Source of the DNA: the human T2T-CHM13v2.0 reference genome, Homo sapiens
NCBI RefSeq assembly: GCF_009914755.1
Contig: NC_060926.1
Strand: one strand, 5' to 3'
Length of the DNA: 64,000 bases
The position numbers and the translations under genes are program-made. Each line of letters begins with the position of its first letter. Within the stretch, counting starts at the first letter, position 1. A model generated the notes under the pieces. The model saw only the letters and a list, made by a program, of their open reading frames with translations. It was not told the DNA's origin and did no database searches. This document shows positions 44,302 through 59,139 of the stretch, piece after piece.

Positions 44302-45194
44302 CGACACACTTAGCGAACGTGTTCAGTGCTGCTGTTGGCTGAACAAGGACGGTCTTGTATTATGGTGTTGTTGGGGATCCAACCCTTAGACGGTCCTTCC
44401 TACTTTTCTCCACCTCCAACTCCTAGCCTTACCAGTCATAAGTACCCAGTGAGGTCTGACTTTCTCTCCATATTTCAGTCTTCCCTGCTGCGTAATTTAT
44501 CTTCCACAAACCCTAAATCACAAATACCTCTGTCCCTCACTTCCCTCAATTGAATCTTCTCCGGCTAAATTCAATTTTCTTTACCTAAGACTTGTCGAAA
44601 TGTAGTTGTTTCCAGTAATTGAACAATTAGGTTATAAAACTTAGGAATATCACCACTATCAAAGTCCCGTAATTAATTACTTTGCTCAGTTAGTCACATC
44701 TAACTTTAAGATTAGCAAAGGCAAAGTACAGAATTAAGACCCCTATATTTTACTTGATTACTATAAAAGAATCCGGGTTCGTTCATTTTAAGGCCTACAA
44801 TTTTTAAGACATACAAATTTCATAAAGTATACGTTCAAAAGACAAGTTGAAAATTGTTTATGTGTATTGGCCAACTTTAGTTTGGTAATAAGAGAAGTCT
44901 GAACCAAGGTATGAGTATGTTGTTGGGCTGGTCAGCTAAGTCTACACCCATCTTGGGCACCCAGGTGTGGAAAGGTGGTAGGGAGGAGGGTGGAGAAAGG
45001 CAGGACACATTACTGGCTCTCCGGAGAGCTAAAGGCAACGCGTCCTGAGCGCTTTTGTTTTCCTTCTCCACCTACCTAGAACCCCACACCCTGGAAGAAA
45101 AAGATTAATGCTTAGGAATCAGACACACTTTTGGAGCAAGGCTTTCAGAGAGTCTCAAGATCAGAAATCCTTATATCTACAGACTATATAATTA

Positions 45195-46800
45195 TACACT
45201 CATTCAAAAAATGCTTGTTGAGTGTCTACTTGTGCTAGGCACTGTTTTGAGCCCCAGAAATAGAGATACAAAAATGTAAAAGAAACATTCTTATTTTCAG
45301 AGTGCTTACTATGCAAAGGAGGAGACAGGTAAATAGACTTAATTTGAGAAGTACTACAATAGGAAAATGCAAAGCTACCCACAGATGTGGGCAAAATCAG
45401 GAAATGCTTCAAAGATCACTTGAGATAACTAGGAATTAACATGTTTGTGTATTTTGGTAGGGGAGGAGGAAGAGAGAGGTGGGTGAGAGCATTGGGGGTG
45501 GTGTTGGGGAGAGCATCAAGCACAAATACCTAAAGGTGTGAGACCCAAACGTATTTTGGTTCAGCAAATAGTTGCATTGCTGGCAGTAGAATGGAGTTGG
45601 GGGAGTGGCAAGAGGAGACACTGAAAAAGGTAAGGGAGACAGCTTAGGTAATGAAGAATCTTGCACAATATGCTAAGGAACATGAACCTTTTCCTGGAAA
45701 CAATGGGAAGCCACACAAGGATTGTAAGCAGATGGAATTTTGATAAGATAGGCATTTTAGAAAGATCACTCTATGGAGTGTGGTATGTATGGGACCTGTT
45801 ACAGTATTACAGGGGAAAAAACCATGAGAGACTGAACTAAGGTAAGGCAGTGGCAGAAGAGAAAACTGAGGGTAATCAGACACTATTCAGGGGATAGAAT
45901 ATAGAACATAGTGACTAATTGCCTAGGTTTGGGGGTGAAGGGAAAAGTAAAGTTATGAATTATGATGCTTGTGGTTGAAAGCAGCAGAAAACCCAGCTCT
46001 AACTGGCTTAACCAATAAAGGAGATTTATTGAACCATCTAGCTAGAAAGTTCAGGAAAAAGGCAGTCTATAGGGATGACTGATTCAACAAATCAGAGATG
46101 TCATTAAAGGCACTTTTTTTCCCTCATTTTAATTGCTTTTTCTTCTTTAGTATTAGCTTTATTGTCAAATGACGGTTGCCAACAACTTGTGTAGCTTTAA
46201 GTTTCGCTATTTAGGTCCAAGAAGAAATAAGAAAAAGATTCACTTTTGGAAGCTCTTTTGTAAAGGAAAGAAAACTCCTTTCCCAGAAGCCTCAATGATT
46301 TAGTCACATGTCCCTACATAAACCAAAAATGGCTGCCAGGAGATGGCACAAGGATAATTATCTTAGGATGAAGACATGTGCGTACCCTTAGAGCCATAGA
46401 AGTCAGCTTCTACCAAAGCTGTGATGAGGAGGTGCAAATATCCCAGTGAAAATTGAGCTGATTACTCAGAAAAAGAAGCATGGAGTCTGAGAAGTGGACC
46501 ACAGTGTCTACTGCAAGGAAGAAGCCAATGATGGATCCCAGATTTTTGGATTGTGTGCTTATGAGCTAGTGATCAGTTATGTACATGACTCTTGTGCCCT
46601 GGAGACAGATTTGGGCAGCAGAAGATATAACTGGAATATACCATCATATAAATGGCTGTTGAAATTATGGCAATGGATGAGATCACCCATGGAGAGTATG
46701 CACAACAGAAAAAGGAGTCAATAATAGCACCTTAGAGAACATCAGCACTTAAGGTGTAGGCAGGAAGATCGTGAAAATGCCTGGGAAGTAGCAAGAGAAC
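45195..46800 (-). mobile_element. L2 remnant with an MLT1-like LTR insertion (~45960-46480)
   Basis: cattcaaaaaatgcttgttgagtgtctacttgtgctaggcactg (L2 3' end), cattttagaaagatcactct; MLT1-like aacccagctctaactggcttaa. Confidence 0.55.
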
Positions 46801-47260
46801 TAGGACATAACAAGGAAGCAGGAAAGTAATCTACAACCAGGAGGAGAGTCAGTCAACATAAAGCCACAAATGACAGAGATGATAGAATTAGCAGTCAACA
46901 ATGTTGAAACAATTACAATAAGTATGCTCAGTATGCTGAAAGAGAGAAATCAAAGATATAAAAAATGGAATTTCTAGAAATTAAAATGACAATTTCTGAA
47001 ATAATTTCACTGGATGGGATTAACACTCAGAGGCAGATTAGGCACAGAGCAAATTAGACACTCAGAAGAAAAGATTAGTGTACTTGAAGACATAGCAGTA
47101 GAAGCTAGCCAAAAGAAAGCACACAAAGAAAAAAAATGAAAAAATACCCCCCAAAACAGAGTCTCAGTGATCTATGGGATAATACCAAGTGCTCTAATAT
47201 TTGTGTAATTGGAGTTCCAGATGAAAGATGGGTCAGAGGGGTGACAGAAAAATTATTTGA

Positions 47261-47786
<526 letters not shown>

Positions 47787-47824
47787 AATATCAGTAGACT
47801 TCTAATCAGAAACTGTGCAAGTCA

Positions 47825-48168
<344 letters not shown>

Positions 48169-48864
48169 ACCCTGACACATAGAATCCTATAGTTAGAGAA
48201 AAAAATCTTTCAAAAATGAAGTTTAAGACAACAAAAGCTGTGAGGATGTCACCAGCAGAACTGCACCTCAAGAAATGTTAAAGCAACTTCTTGGAAACTT
48301 GGATTTATATTAAAGAATGAAGAGTGCCAGAAATGATAAATATATGAGTAATTATAAAAAACTTCTCCCCCTGACTTAAAATTTTTTGAAAAAAGATAAC
48401 TGACTTTAAAATAAAAATGACAAGACTGTATTATCAGGTTCATAATTAAAGATTTCTGTCAGCATTTATATATAAGGGACAAAATTCTAGCTGAAGTCTT
48501 CAAACATGTAAAGTTTGATAACAATAGCTCAAAAGATGGAAGGAAGAAGTGGAATTATATAGAAAGGTCTTATATTACACATGAAGTATTATACTATTAT
48601 TTGAAGGTAAATCGTGATGAGTTAAAAATGCATAAGCTAAACCTTAGAGCAGTCGTCAAAATGAAAAAAACAGATGTGGCTAAGAAGTCAATAGTGGAGA
48701 TAAAATGAAATCTTAAGAATAAAAAGCTTGAATGGAGAAGCAGAAATAAGGAAGAAATCTATGTCCCTAATGACCATGGAGCTGACATACCAGCTCTGGA
48801 CTCTACCTCCTGACTTCTTTTAAGTGAGAAACAAACTTGTTTTGTTTTTATTTTTTAAAATTTT

Positions 48865-48995
48865 TTATATTAAAAAAATAGAGACAGAGTCTTGCTATAT
48901 TGCCCAGGCTGGTCTTGAACTCCTGGGCCCAAGCAATCCTCCTCCTCAGCCTCCCAAAGTGCTGGGATTACAGGTGTGAGCCACCATACCCAGCC
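48865..48995 (-). mobile_element. FLAM-like Alu monomer
   Basis: Single left arm, TSD agaaacaaactt. Confidence 0.85.
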
Positions 48996-50135
48996 AAGAA
49001 ACAAACTTCTATGTTGTATAAAGACATTGCTGTTTTGTACTGTGTTATGTATAGCTGAACCTAATCAGACTCACAAGCCTATAGAAGTTTCATGAAATAG
49101 AGTATATTTCTCAGAATCAGGTAGATCCACGTGTTGCCAGCATTTCAACATAGTTCTGAGGTTCCTATATTTGTCACTAAAATTCCAGGGATACAGCATC
49201 TTTCGTGTGGGCATCATTTACTATTAGTTTAATTAGTTTTTCTTGAAGGAGAAAATACATGTAAAGTGCTTAGCCCAGGCTTGGAATGCAGCAAATGTTC
49301 AGTCAATATGTAGTACTTTGAAACCAAACCACAATAATGAGGTAGATGGCCCACAGGTTAGACATATGTTCGGGTTTGTTCTCCAAAGTCAGGTGTAGAA
49401 AATCATGGTGACATTCACTTATATATCAAAATCTGTAGATTCCTTTGTGAAATTGTGACTTTACCTCCACCATACAGTTCTGTACAGTTCTTCAGAATCT
49501 ACAGTCCTTTGAATTCAGAACAGTTCAGTCGTGGAAAATGAGTGCACCTCCAATCACCATATGCTCAGTCTACATATCTAGTTAAATACCTACATTTCTT
49601 TCACCAGAGGGGCTATCCTTTTGTTGCTTATCTGCAGTTTCCAATTTGGTATATTCAGCCATCTAGTCATTTCAGTAAGAAAGTGAATCCTGGGGGACTA
49701 AAGTTTTTTGGATCTCTTAAATTCTAAAAAGTTTTTGATCTGTGGATGTTGCTCAGTAAACTTCAAGTTTCCTGTACAATCTGACTATATCAAAATCAAC
49801 TAAAACTGTGTTTCTACTCTTTCCTCAAACAAACATGAAAGCAGTGCTTGGGATAAGAACATAAGGAAAAATCACAATATTGATGTCATTTCTAAAACAA
49901 CATGAAATAAATATAATTTGCTAGTAAATGAGGAAGAGGAAATTAGATACACGTCTTTTCTTATAACTTGAAGAAACTGCTGCAAACTTATTTTTCTCCT
50001 TTCACTGCAAATATTTCATCCACTTCAAATGAACATATCTTCCCATGTTTAGTCCAAATTTCTCATGGTTTATACTGACCCTAGACTGCCTATTGGACTC
50101 TTACTGACATTCTTGGGATTTGAGAGTGATAAAGT

Positions 50136-50168
50136 TGTGTGTGTGTGTGTGTGCATGTGTGTGTGTGT
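50136..50168. repeat. (TG)n microsatellite
   Basis: Read directly. Confidence 0.9.
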
Positions 50169-50737
50169 TTAATATTCAGATTTTAAGTAGGTTATCTCTC
50201 AGAATTCTTACCTCCAATATTTCTCCCAAAAATAAAATTATTTTCTCCTAATGTCCTCAAAGTCTCCAAATAGCTCATAGTCAACATAGCACATGTTCCT
50301 ATTTTAAACCTGTGAATGGCACATAATTTGAAGGCCTGGGCTTTGACTCAAAAGATTTGTAGGCCCCAAATGCTGGCTCTGACATTTTAGATATATTTAG
50401 AAAATGTCAAAGACAAGCCAGTTAAAATTTCAATGTTTTAAAGGAGTCTGCTTGTACACCAAAGAATGCAGCCTACAAATTCTCAGTATTAGTGCAGTCA
50501 ACATATACACAAGCAGTTATTTTGGAATTTTAAATAATACTGTGAATTGAGAGAATTGGAAAACCCATGAAGAGAACATTTAGATTGTGTTTTCATCCCT
50601 AAAATAGATGTATTTGCTGATAGACTACTTAAATTTTTGTATCTCAAATTTCATGTATTCTTTCGTGGAATACTTACTGAGCACATACTATGGTGCCAGA
50701 CTATGGATACAAAGATTAATTAGTCTTGGTCCTAAGC

Positions 50738-51040
50738 TTTTTTTTTTTTTTAACTTTTCTCCCGAGATGGAGTCTTGCTCTGTCACCCAGGCTGGAGTGC
50801 AGTGGCGCGATCTTGCTCACTGCAACCTCCGCCTCCCGGGTTCAAGCAATTCTCCTGCGTCAGTCTCTGGAGTAGCTGGAATTACAGGTGCCCACCACCG
50901 CGCCCAGCTAATTTTTGTATTTTTAGTAGAGATGGGGTTTCACCATGTTAGCCAGTCTGGTCTCGAACTCCTGACCTCGTGATCTGCCCGCCTCAGCCTC
51001 CCAAAGTGCTGGGATTACAGGCGTGAGCCACCGCGCCAGC
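50738..51040 (-). mobile_element. Alu (S-type)
   Basis: Alu consensus, TSD tggtcctaagcttttt. Confidence 0.95.
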
Positions 51041-51099
51041 TGGTCCTAAGCTTTTTGATGTTTAGGAAAGGGGAAATGCAGAGAAGGGAATAATCAATT

Positions 51100-51640
51100 T
51101 TACATGAGAATAAAGTCAGAAAAACATTTCAAAGAGGAGGTGGCAATTGAGCTGAATGCTAAAAAATGAGTAGGTGCTCACAAGCTGAACAAAGACATTT
51201 CAGCAGAGCTTGTGATGTTAAAAAAGACATGGGAAGAGTGAAGTAACAGCCCATTTAAAGAACTACAAGCAGTTCAGTATGGCCAGATCATAGGGTGTGA
51301 CATGGGCCAGGTCAGGAAGTTTCTGAGACCAGATCATAGAAGTCGTATATGCCATGTCATGACAAAGAGTTTGGCAATGAGAAACTGTTGAAAGATTTTA
51401 AGCAGAGGAGTGCTATAAAATCATGCTAGTATTTGACAGAGTGACTAGCTAAGAGAATATGCAGTAATGCAGGTGAGAGATGATGGACAAACCAAGTAAG
51501 TGTGGGGAATCAAAAGAAGGGGGCAGATACCAGTGATGTTTCAAGAGATAAAATGAATAGGGCTTGATATATTGATTGGATGTAAGAGGTGAAGGAAAGA
51601 GAAAGGAAGGATCATTTGGAGGTTTCTGGTCATGTAGCTG
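51100..51640 (-). mobile_element. L2 remnant
   Basis: aagattttaagcagagga, gtaatgcaggtgagagatgatgg, tgattggatgt. Confidence 0.55.
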
Positions 51641-51799
51641 GGCATTATATATTATAGTTATTCATTAGTATAGAGGAAAAGCAACTTTTTATTGCTTTTT
51701 GCAGTCAATACTTATTTATATTCATGTGTTTACAGTCTTACCAACATTTTATTTTCTGTTGGTTTCATTTTAGTAAGTATGCAGTGTCTCATTGTAGTT

Positions 51800-52078
51800 T
51801 TATGTATTTATTTATTTTTTGGAAACAGGGTCCTGCTCTGTGCCCAGGCTAGAGCGAAGAGGCCTCCCAAGCTCAAGCAATCCTCTCACTTCAGCCTCCT
51901 GAGTAGCTGGGACCACAGGCTTGTGCTACTATATACAGATAAGATTTTTTGATTTTTTGTGGAGACAGAGTCTCTCTATGTTGCCCAGCCTGGTCTCAAA
52001 CTCCTGGGCTCAACTGATACTTGCACCTCGGCCTCCCAAAGTGTTGGGATTACAGGCATGAGCCACTGTGCCCATCCC
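51800..52078 (-). mobile_element. Alu (J-type, internally deleted) within an L1 remnant
   Basis: Diverged Alu; L1-like flanks tgtagttttaatttacatttccttga. Confidence 0.85.
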
Positions 52079-53789
52079 CAACACTGTAGTTTTAATTTAC
52101 ATTTCCTTGATTGTGCATGCAACTGAGTAACTTTTTATAAGAATGTTTTATAAGGTCATTTGGAAATCCTGTCTTCAAAGAGGCTGTTTAATTTTGCCCA
52201 TTTAAAAATTATATAGTCTTTCTTTTTTTTCTTATTGATTTACAGGTGTTCTTTATATATTCTAGTTACCAGTCATTCATCAAATATGTGTCTGTGTATG
52301 CGTGTGTGTATATATATATATGTAGACTAGCTTTTATCTAAGTTTCTCAGCTTGGGATTCTCTTACCACAAAGGCAATGGAAATTTAGACCCTACACTCA
52401 CCAGCTATGCAACTTTGGGTTTAGATTTCTCCCAGGAGAATACTTTTTCTCTCTCTAGAGCTCAGGGCAGACAACAAACTACTTTGGTACTTGTCCAGTC
52501 TGACAGACTAAACTTTTCTGGCTCCTTTTCGCTGACCATGTAGCTTTTATAGGACTTTATGTCCTGGAATTAGCAGAAATCCCAGTTGTAGCCCCTGCAC
52601 TGCAGATGCAAGAGCACATGTCTTGTCCCTATGTGGGCATTAAAACCCTGGCTACCAGCTGCCAGGGCATATATTCAGGCTTCTGGCTTTGAGTCTCTCC
52701 CTACCCCCCACTCTACCATCCCCAGCTTTTTTTTTTTTTTTTCTCATAACAGAAATTTTTATTTCTCTCAAGCTCAGTTATGTATTTCATTGTTGTTTTA
52801 GTGGTTATATTTACCCAGTGTTTCTACATATTCGTATCAGAAAAGGTGGCTTCCATTAGCTCAGTCTGCCGTGATGTAGGAACCTATTTACCATTCATTT
52901 CTGAAAATTATTTCAGACACTTTGCCATAACTACCTACATTACTCTTTTTCTAAAAGTATTTCAGGGATACTTGTAAGAACACATCTGACTTTCTAAAAT
53001 GCTACTTTATTCGTGTTTAAGTAGAAAAGAAACATACTGTTGGTTAGGCATCCCCATCTCCAGATTTGTAATGTAGAAACTCTTATTACATTGTTAGAGA
53101 ATCCTGGAGATCTGGAACAGGGTTGGGAGAGAGCTTAGGGTAACAACTATATTTAAATTTGGTAAATTAAAAGAATATAAACTCATAAAGCTCAGTTTAA
53201 TTCTCCCTATTTCATCCCTCCAGCTGGGTGCCCACATAACCCAATCCTTTCTCGTTAGTTTCCTCTAGTTCTCCAAGTTACTCTAGAAACTAAAGTAGCA
53301 AGTTATGCCCTAAACGCCTCAGTTTTTGTTTTAAATCTCTTTATAGACCTGAGTACAGGAATCCTGGATTTTGCCAATTAAACTTTCCTATTTGAGTTCT
53401 GCCTTTTTGGAGACTGATTCCTCAGAACTAGCTTTCCCGAATGGTACTGCTTTTAATATTTTGTCACATAATCCCCCCAAGCAGTTTCACGCTTTGCCTT
53501 AATCATCCTGTGTCTTCTCCTGCTCCTTCAGCCTCCACAGTTACCTCTCAGGGATATTTCTTCACAACTCTACCCCACTGCGTCAACATAAAAAGCACCC
53601 AGGCTCCAGCCTCCCGACCTGAGTCACCCCACGCCCCCTTCTAGTGTTACCAGCTCAGGCTCCTGCCCTGCGTCTTGTCTCTTCTCAGATAAAATCAGTA
53701 TCATGTAGTATTAGCATAAGTGCAGTTCTATCCATTTGGCTAGACTTAGCCAGCCTGGAGTTTTTCAGTTGATGGGAGATTTTTTTTTT

Positions 53790-54635
53790 TAATGCACAAT
53801 TTAAAAATCTTTTTGTTATAGAAACTTTCAAAACACACAGAAGGAGAAAGAATAGTCTAATGAAACCCGTGTACCCATCATCCAACTTCCATAGTTTCAA
53901 TTCTTTGTCAATCTTGTTTTATCTTTACCTCCACTGGTTTATTTTGATACAAATCCCAGTTGCCCTAAAATTTATTTTGTATATCCATATGTGATTCTAA
54001 AAGGGGGGATATCTTATTTTAAAAGCATAAGCACAATAACACTATCATACCTAAAAGTAAAAACCCCAAATATTTTCTCAATACTGTCAATATCCAGTTT
54101 TTAAAAATTGAGATCCAAATAAAGAATATACATGACATTGGTTGATGTATCTCTTATCTCTCTCTTTTTTTAAAAAATCTTTGCATTATGGAAAGTTTCA
54201 AACATATACAAAGCAAACAGAATAATGTATGTACTCTATATCTAGCTTCAACAATGATCAATTGTCTATCACTCTTACATCATCTATACCTTCACCCACT
54301 CCCCAACTCAATTGTTATTTTTAACAGCTTTTTTTGAAGTAACGTGTATTAGTTGTACAACTTTGACAAATGGATATACTAATGTAACCCACAATGCTAT
54401 CATGAACACAGGACATTTTCATCTCTCCAGAAGATTGTCTCGTGTCTCTTACTCTTTCAGAGGCAATCAGTGTTTTGATTTTGTTTAACCTTAGATTAGT
54501 GACTGTTCCACAACTTTATACTCTTTTACATCCAGCTGCTTCTCACTATAATATCTGTGAGATTTATTCATGTTGTTGGATTAGTTTGTTTCTTTTCATT
54601 GCTATAACTACTACAATATATTTATTCTGTTGAGC
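53790..54635 (-). mobile_element. Old L1 (L1ME-like) 3' fragments
   Basis: aactttcaaaacacacag...acccatcatccaacttc; tatggaaagtttcaaacatatacaaag. Confidence 0.55.
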
Positions 54636-54639
54636 TTAT

Positions 54640-54998
54640 TTAACACATGTATTTTCTCTATAAGGCACATCGCAGTCTTTTTGTGATTAGGGACCCTAGG
54701 CAGCACTTTATCACTACGCTCGAGAGTCATTTTAAACAGTGAAATCACCAACAAAAAGCAAAAAACATGGCACTAAATAGACTGCAAAAAAGATGTTTAT
54801 TTACAGTATGAGAGCTGAAACAAGTGGGTAGAGAGCACGACCTCATCTGAGAACATATGCATCAGGTGACTCAATTTTTGGCCACTCTGTGAGTGTCCAT
54901 GAATGACCACAACAGTATTGATTTTGAGGTTATGAATACCTTTTAGCGATCAGGCAAATTCACGAATACTGAATTCATTAATGATGAGTAGCAACTGT
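54640..54998 (+). mobile_element. MER6-like TcMar fossil
   Basis: aacagtgaaatcaccaacaaaaagc...ttttagcga...ggcaaattcacgaatac...caactg|ta. Confidence 0.75.
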
Positions 54999-55021
54999 AC
55001 ATATGTGTATCAGCATATGTA

Positions 55022-55569
55022 CAGATGGTCCCTGACTTATGATGGCTTAACACATGATTTTTTAACGTTATGGTGGTGTGAAAGCTATACACATTCAGTA
55101 GAGACCATACTTTGAATTTAATATCAACAAGTGTCTCTGCCCCAGTGCCTTCTACCAATGATTCTCCAGCCTCATCAGAAGAGAGACAAATTGATGACCC
55201 TGTTGATGTAGCATCCTCATCATCCAGCAATTAATTTTAGTTCAATACTTCAAACATTCTTGAGGCCCAGTGTACTTTCAGCTGTGTGTGTTAATGGTGA
55301 GTACTCATACAACCATTCTGTTTTTTACTTTCAGTATAGTATTCAATAAATCACATGAGATAGTCAACACTTTATTACAAAACAGGCTTTGTGTTAGATG
55401 ATTTTGCCCCACTGTAGGCTAATGTAAGTGTTCTGGGCACAATTAAGGTAGGCTAGGCTAAGCTATGATATTTAGTACGTTAGGTGTATTAAATGCATTT
55501 TTGACTTGCATTTTCAAATTACAATGGGTTTATCAGAACATAACCCCACTGTAAGTCAAGAAGCATCTG
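55022..55569. mobile_element. MER47/Tigger5-type element
   Basis: TIRs cagatggtccctgactta...taagtcaagaagcatctg; aggtaggctaggctaagctatgat. Confidence 0.8.
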
Positions 55570-57109
55570 CACATATGTATAGATATGAAACAAGGTTATC
55601 ATCTATTTCTATTGCCTTGAAATTTGGGAACTAAAAAGAAGAATAAGCTTCCTACCTTCAGTAAACTTGATGGGACTATATTCCAGAAGACTTGGGCTTG
55701 ATGGGGTATCCTACCCCAAAATATGTGTGGATGTAAGGGTAACCATAACTCACTGTGAGAGGAGAAAATGTAAATAAATTGGGTTTTAGATATGCTAACA
55801 TTTTTACTAACAAAGATTCCTGCCAAAGTGAGAAAAAAATATATAGAGGTAGGAATGACATGTGTTCTAGAAAGAGAAATATAAAAGTGTTTAACTAAAA
55901 ACCTGATTTGAAAAAAAGAGGAGACTGATAGTTGTATACTCAATAAAGATAAAGGATGCAGTTCTAAGGTATTTCAATGAATGGAAAATGAGAGACTTGC
56001 CTAATACAGATGTCAGGTGACTGCAAGAATCAGTTTTACCTGGGAGCTGAGAGGTAGAGATGGGGCACAAACAGAAATGACGTTGCCTCACCAATGAAAG
56101 GGAAAATAGTCCTGACCTGGAATTGAAGGTATATGCATGGGAAGGCCTAGTAAGAACAGACTAAGTGATTCCAGAATATGGGTAAAGGAAATTGTCTCAA
56201 CCTGGTTGTGTACCTTAGAGAACAATTTATTAAGGATCTGAAGAATTAATTTATCAACATCAAATTTGTATTAAAAAAACGAATTATCTGTGACTTACAT
56301 TTGAAAATAGATTTTATGCCCCCCAAGATCTTTATAAATTGTAGTCATATATTTTTGCTCTGTATTTGACTTACTAAGCAAGAGCTGGACTGAAGAACAT
56401 TATCAGGGATACTACAAGAAATGCATAAGATGAAGATCATATTCTCCAAATACTAGCATCACAATTACCTTTTCCAACCTCTAACCTCTACTACTATTCT
56501 CTTTGACGATGACAACAGAAAATAAGTCACCTGACTTTTGTTCCACTCTCACCCTTAAAATTTCCCTCTAGCTCAGATACCCAACCTAAGATACTTCTTG
56601 GAGTCAAGTCATAGAGCTATCCTACCACTATCTTGGGATCCTTGACCACAATACTTACATCTCTATGCTGACAGAATCCAGTCTCCTTCCCAACCTCAAA
56701 CCATAATTCCTATAAAGCTCTCCTATCATCCCCACTCCTAAGATGTTCTTACATTGAGAACTTATAACAGCATGCCTTAAGCCATAGCCTGGGTCTCAAT
56801 TCTTTGTTTATTGGATATTTTGCTTGCACTCACCAGTTTTATCTGGATATAAGAATTTCAAAGACTATACGAAGACGGTTTAAAAAGTCCCTTCATATGG
56901 AGGGAGAAAAGGTGTTGAAAAGCCCACGAGTATGTATTTTTAAAGAAAACAACTTGGCTAATCAGATTATCATCACTATGATATATACCTACATTTTAGT
57001 TTCTCACTGACCAGACTTAATATTTAGGAAATTTATGAGAAGTAATTTTTTTTCTCTTAGAAGACTAGACATCCAAGAAAGCCCCATCATTCAGAAGTAG
57101 TTTTACTGA

Positions 57110-58255
57110 TTGATAAGAATAAAACAGAATTCAGTGAAAAACTTGTTTTGTTCATAAAAGTTGTAGGATTGATATAAAATAAGAAACTAAGCCCTTTCAT
57201 AAATTCAGGTTCAGCTTGAAGTTTTGTTTATTCAATTTCTAAATTTAATTCTTCTATTACAATCATATATTACCACTTGTGACATTATTTTACTATCTTG
57301 AGCAATTTGTTGCTATTTATTTCTCAACCATAACTATTTACCCTCATCTTTTACTCTCCATTTCCAAATTCCTATAGATTATTCAACTGGAGTATCAGCC
57401 TGGGCTAGGGGTTGCAGACCATTGTTAGTTGATACTTAATAATAAAATCAGAACATGTCAAATTACTCTGAAGACAGGTCCCCATGTACAGCTTTGAGAG
57501 GTAACAAAGGGCCAGATTAGTGACTGTGTGTAATGTTAAGATTTGGGAATGGTGTTTAGCTGGCAGTCATTATTGCATCTCACCTTTCCCCTTGGAAAAG
57601 TGTCTGCTATGTTGCAATCACTGAGCAAATGCCAAATGCCTTCTGGGAAAGTCTGATACTGCCAAGAATTCCCTCACCCCCAAGCTGTCTTCCATTGTGT
57701 GGGAAAGTTTTAGAATTTCTAGTCTCTAGCATGCTACACCTAAATCCTGGCCAACCAACCCTAACAAATGTGTAATTCAAGCAGTCCCTTAGATTGCTTG
57801 GGTAACCAAAAATGTCCAGGGAACAGAAGAGAATGACAGCATAGATACATATGCTTATGTATGACTTTTGACACAACAGAGAGAAAAAATTGCCATTAGA
57901 ATGCTACTAATGTTGGAATCAATGGTCATATTATGTCTTGATAAATAAGCATAAAAAGGAACCATAGAAACCTTGTTCTATAGGTATAGAGCAGTGAAAC
58001 TGATACAAAATAAGAAAATAAGCCCTTTTGTAATTTGAGATTCAGTTAAAACATTTGTTTATTCAATTGCTAGATTTCATTGTTCAATTAGAACCATGAA
58101 TATGTAACGTTTATGAGATAATTTTGCTATCCTAAAAAAGTTGTTGCTATTCACTACTCAACAATAGCTATTTACCCTCATCTTTTACTCTCCATTTCCA
58201 AATTCCAACAGATTATTCAGCTAGAGGATTAGACTGGGCTAGTAGTTGAAGATAA
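57110..58255 (+). repeat. Diverged direct repeat, two ~300-bp copies (~57110-57420 and ~57938-58255)
   Basis: Manual alignment 57170-57266 vs 58001-58097 = 78/97 ungapped; identical 39-mer at 57334 and 58168. Confidence 0.9.
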
Positions 58256-58492
58256 ATAGGTGATAATTGACACAAGGAAATGGAATACATAATGTAAATA
58301 TTTGATGTTTTAGTAGATTATGAAATGAGTTAGGTGTTAAGATTTATAAATATCACGGCTTTACTGATAACATGGTGAACTATGGACTTGGCTATTGATA
58401 CGGTTGGCTATCCGTGAATAAAAGGCAAACATTTGTACATGGAAACACAGGCAAACTGGTTGGCTTAGCATAAAACTGCAAATCTATCTTTA

Positions 58493-58868
<376 letters not shown>

Positions 58869-59139
58869 GCTATCTCGCAGTTCTATGTGGTAAAAATCCC
58901 AATTACCTTGAGATCTTTATCCAGCAATCAAAATAGGACTCACTAACCCAGAAGTCAAAGTAAAACCTCTGAGCTGCTTTAAAAAAAAAAAAAAAGAAAA
59001 GGTTTAAAAAGCTATATACTGAAGCTCAGAAACTTGATTAATAGAAAAATTTATTATGTTTTAAACTCATTGAAAGAAACCTGATTATTTCATTCCTCGG
59101 GCCATAGAAGATTAGAAACAACAAAAATTTTCCATTCAT

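Larger units (their letters stand above)
43340..44320. promoter_or_regulatory. CpG island / TATA-less PELI1 promoter
   Basis: Abrupt shift to very GC- and CpG-rich sequence in a CpG-depleted background. Confidence 0.95.

Noticed and set aside
43202-44307. Overlapping 128-325 aa ORFs on both strands
   Set aside because: Low-complexity A/G/P/R products of a CpG island; they cross the exon 1 donor. Only the in-frame relationship with PELI1 was kept as a finding
53631-53646. CTCF-like CACTAGAAGGGGGCG (minus strand)
   Set aside because: Spacing is two bases longer than the CTCF core
54943-55230. 95-aa acidic ORF
   Set aside because: Lies within Tigger5/MER47 and MER6 fossils
57170-58255. Duplicated segment as tandem coding exons
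   Set aside because: Codon-position bias of mismatches is weak and the frames tested contain stops in both copies
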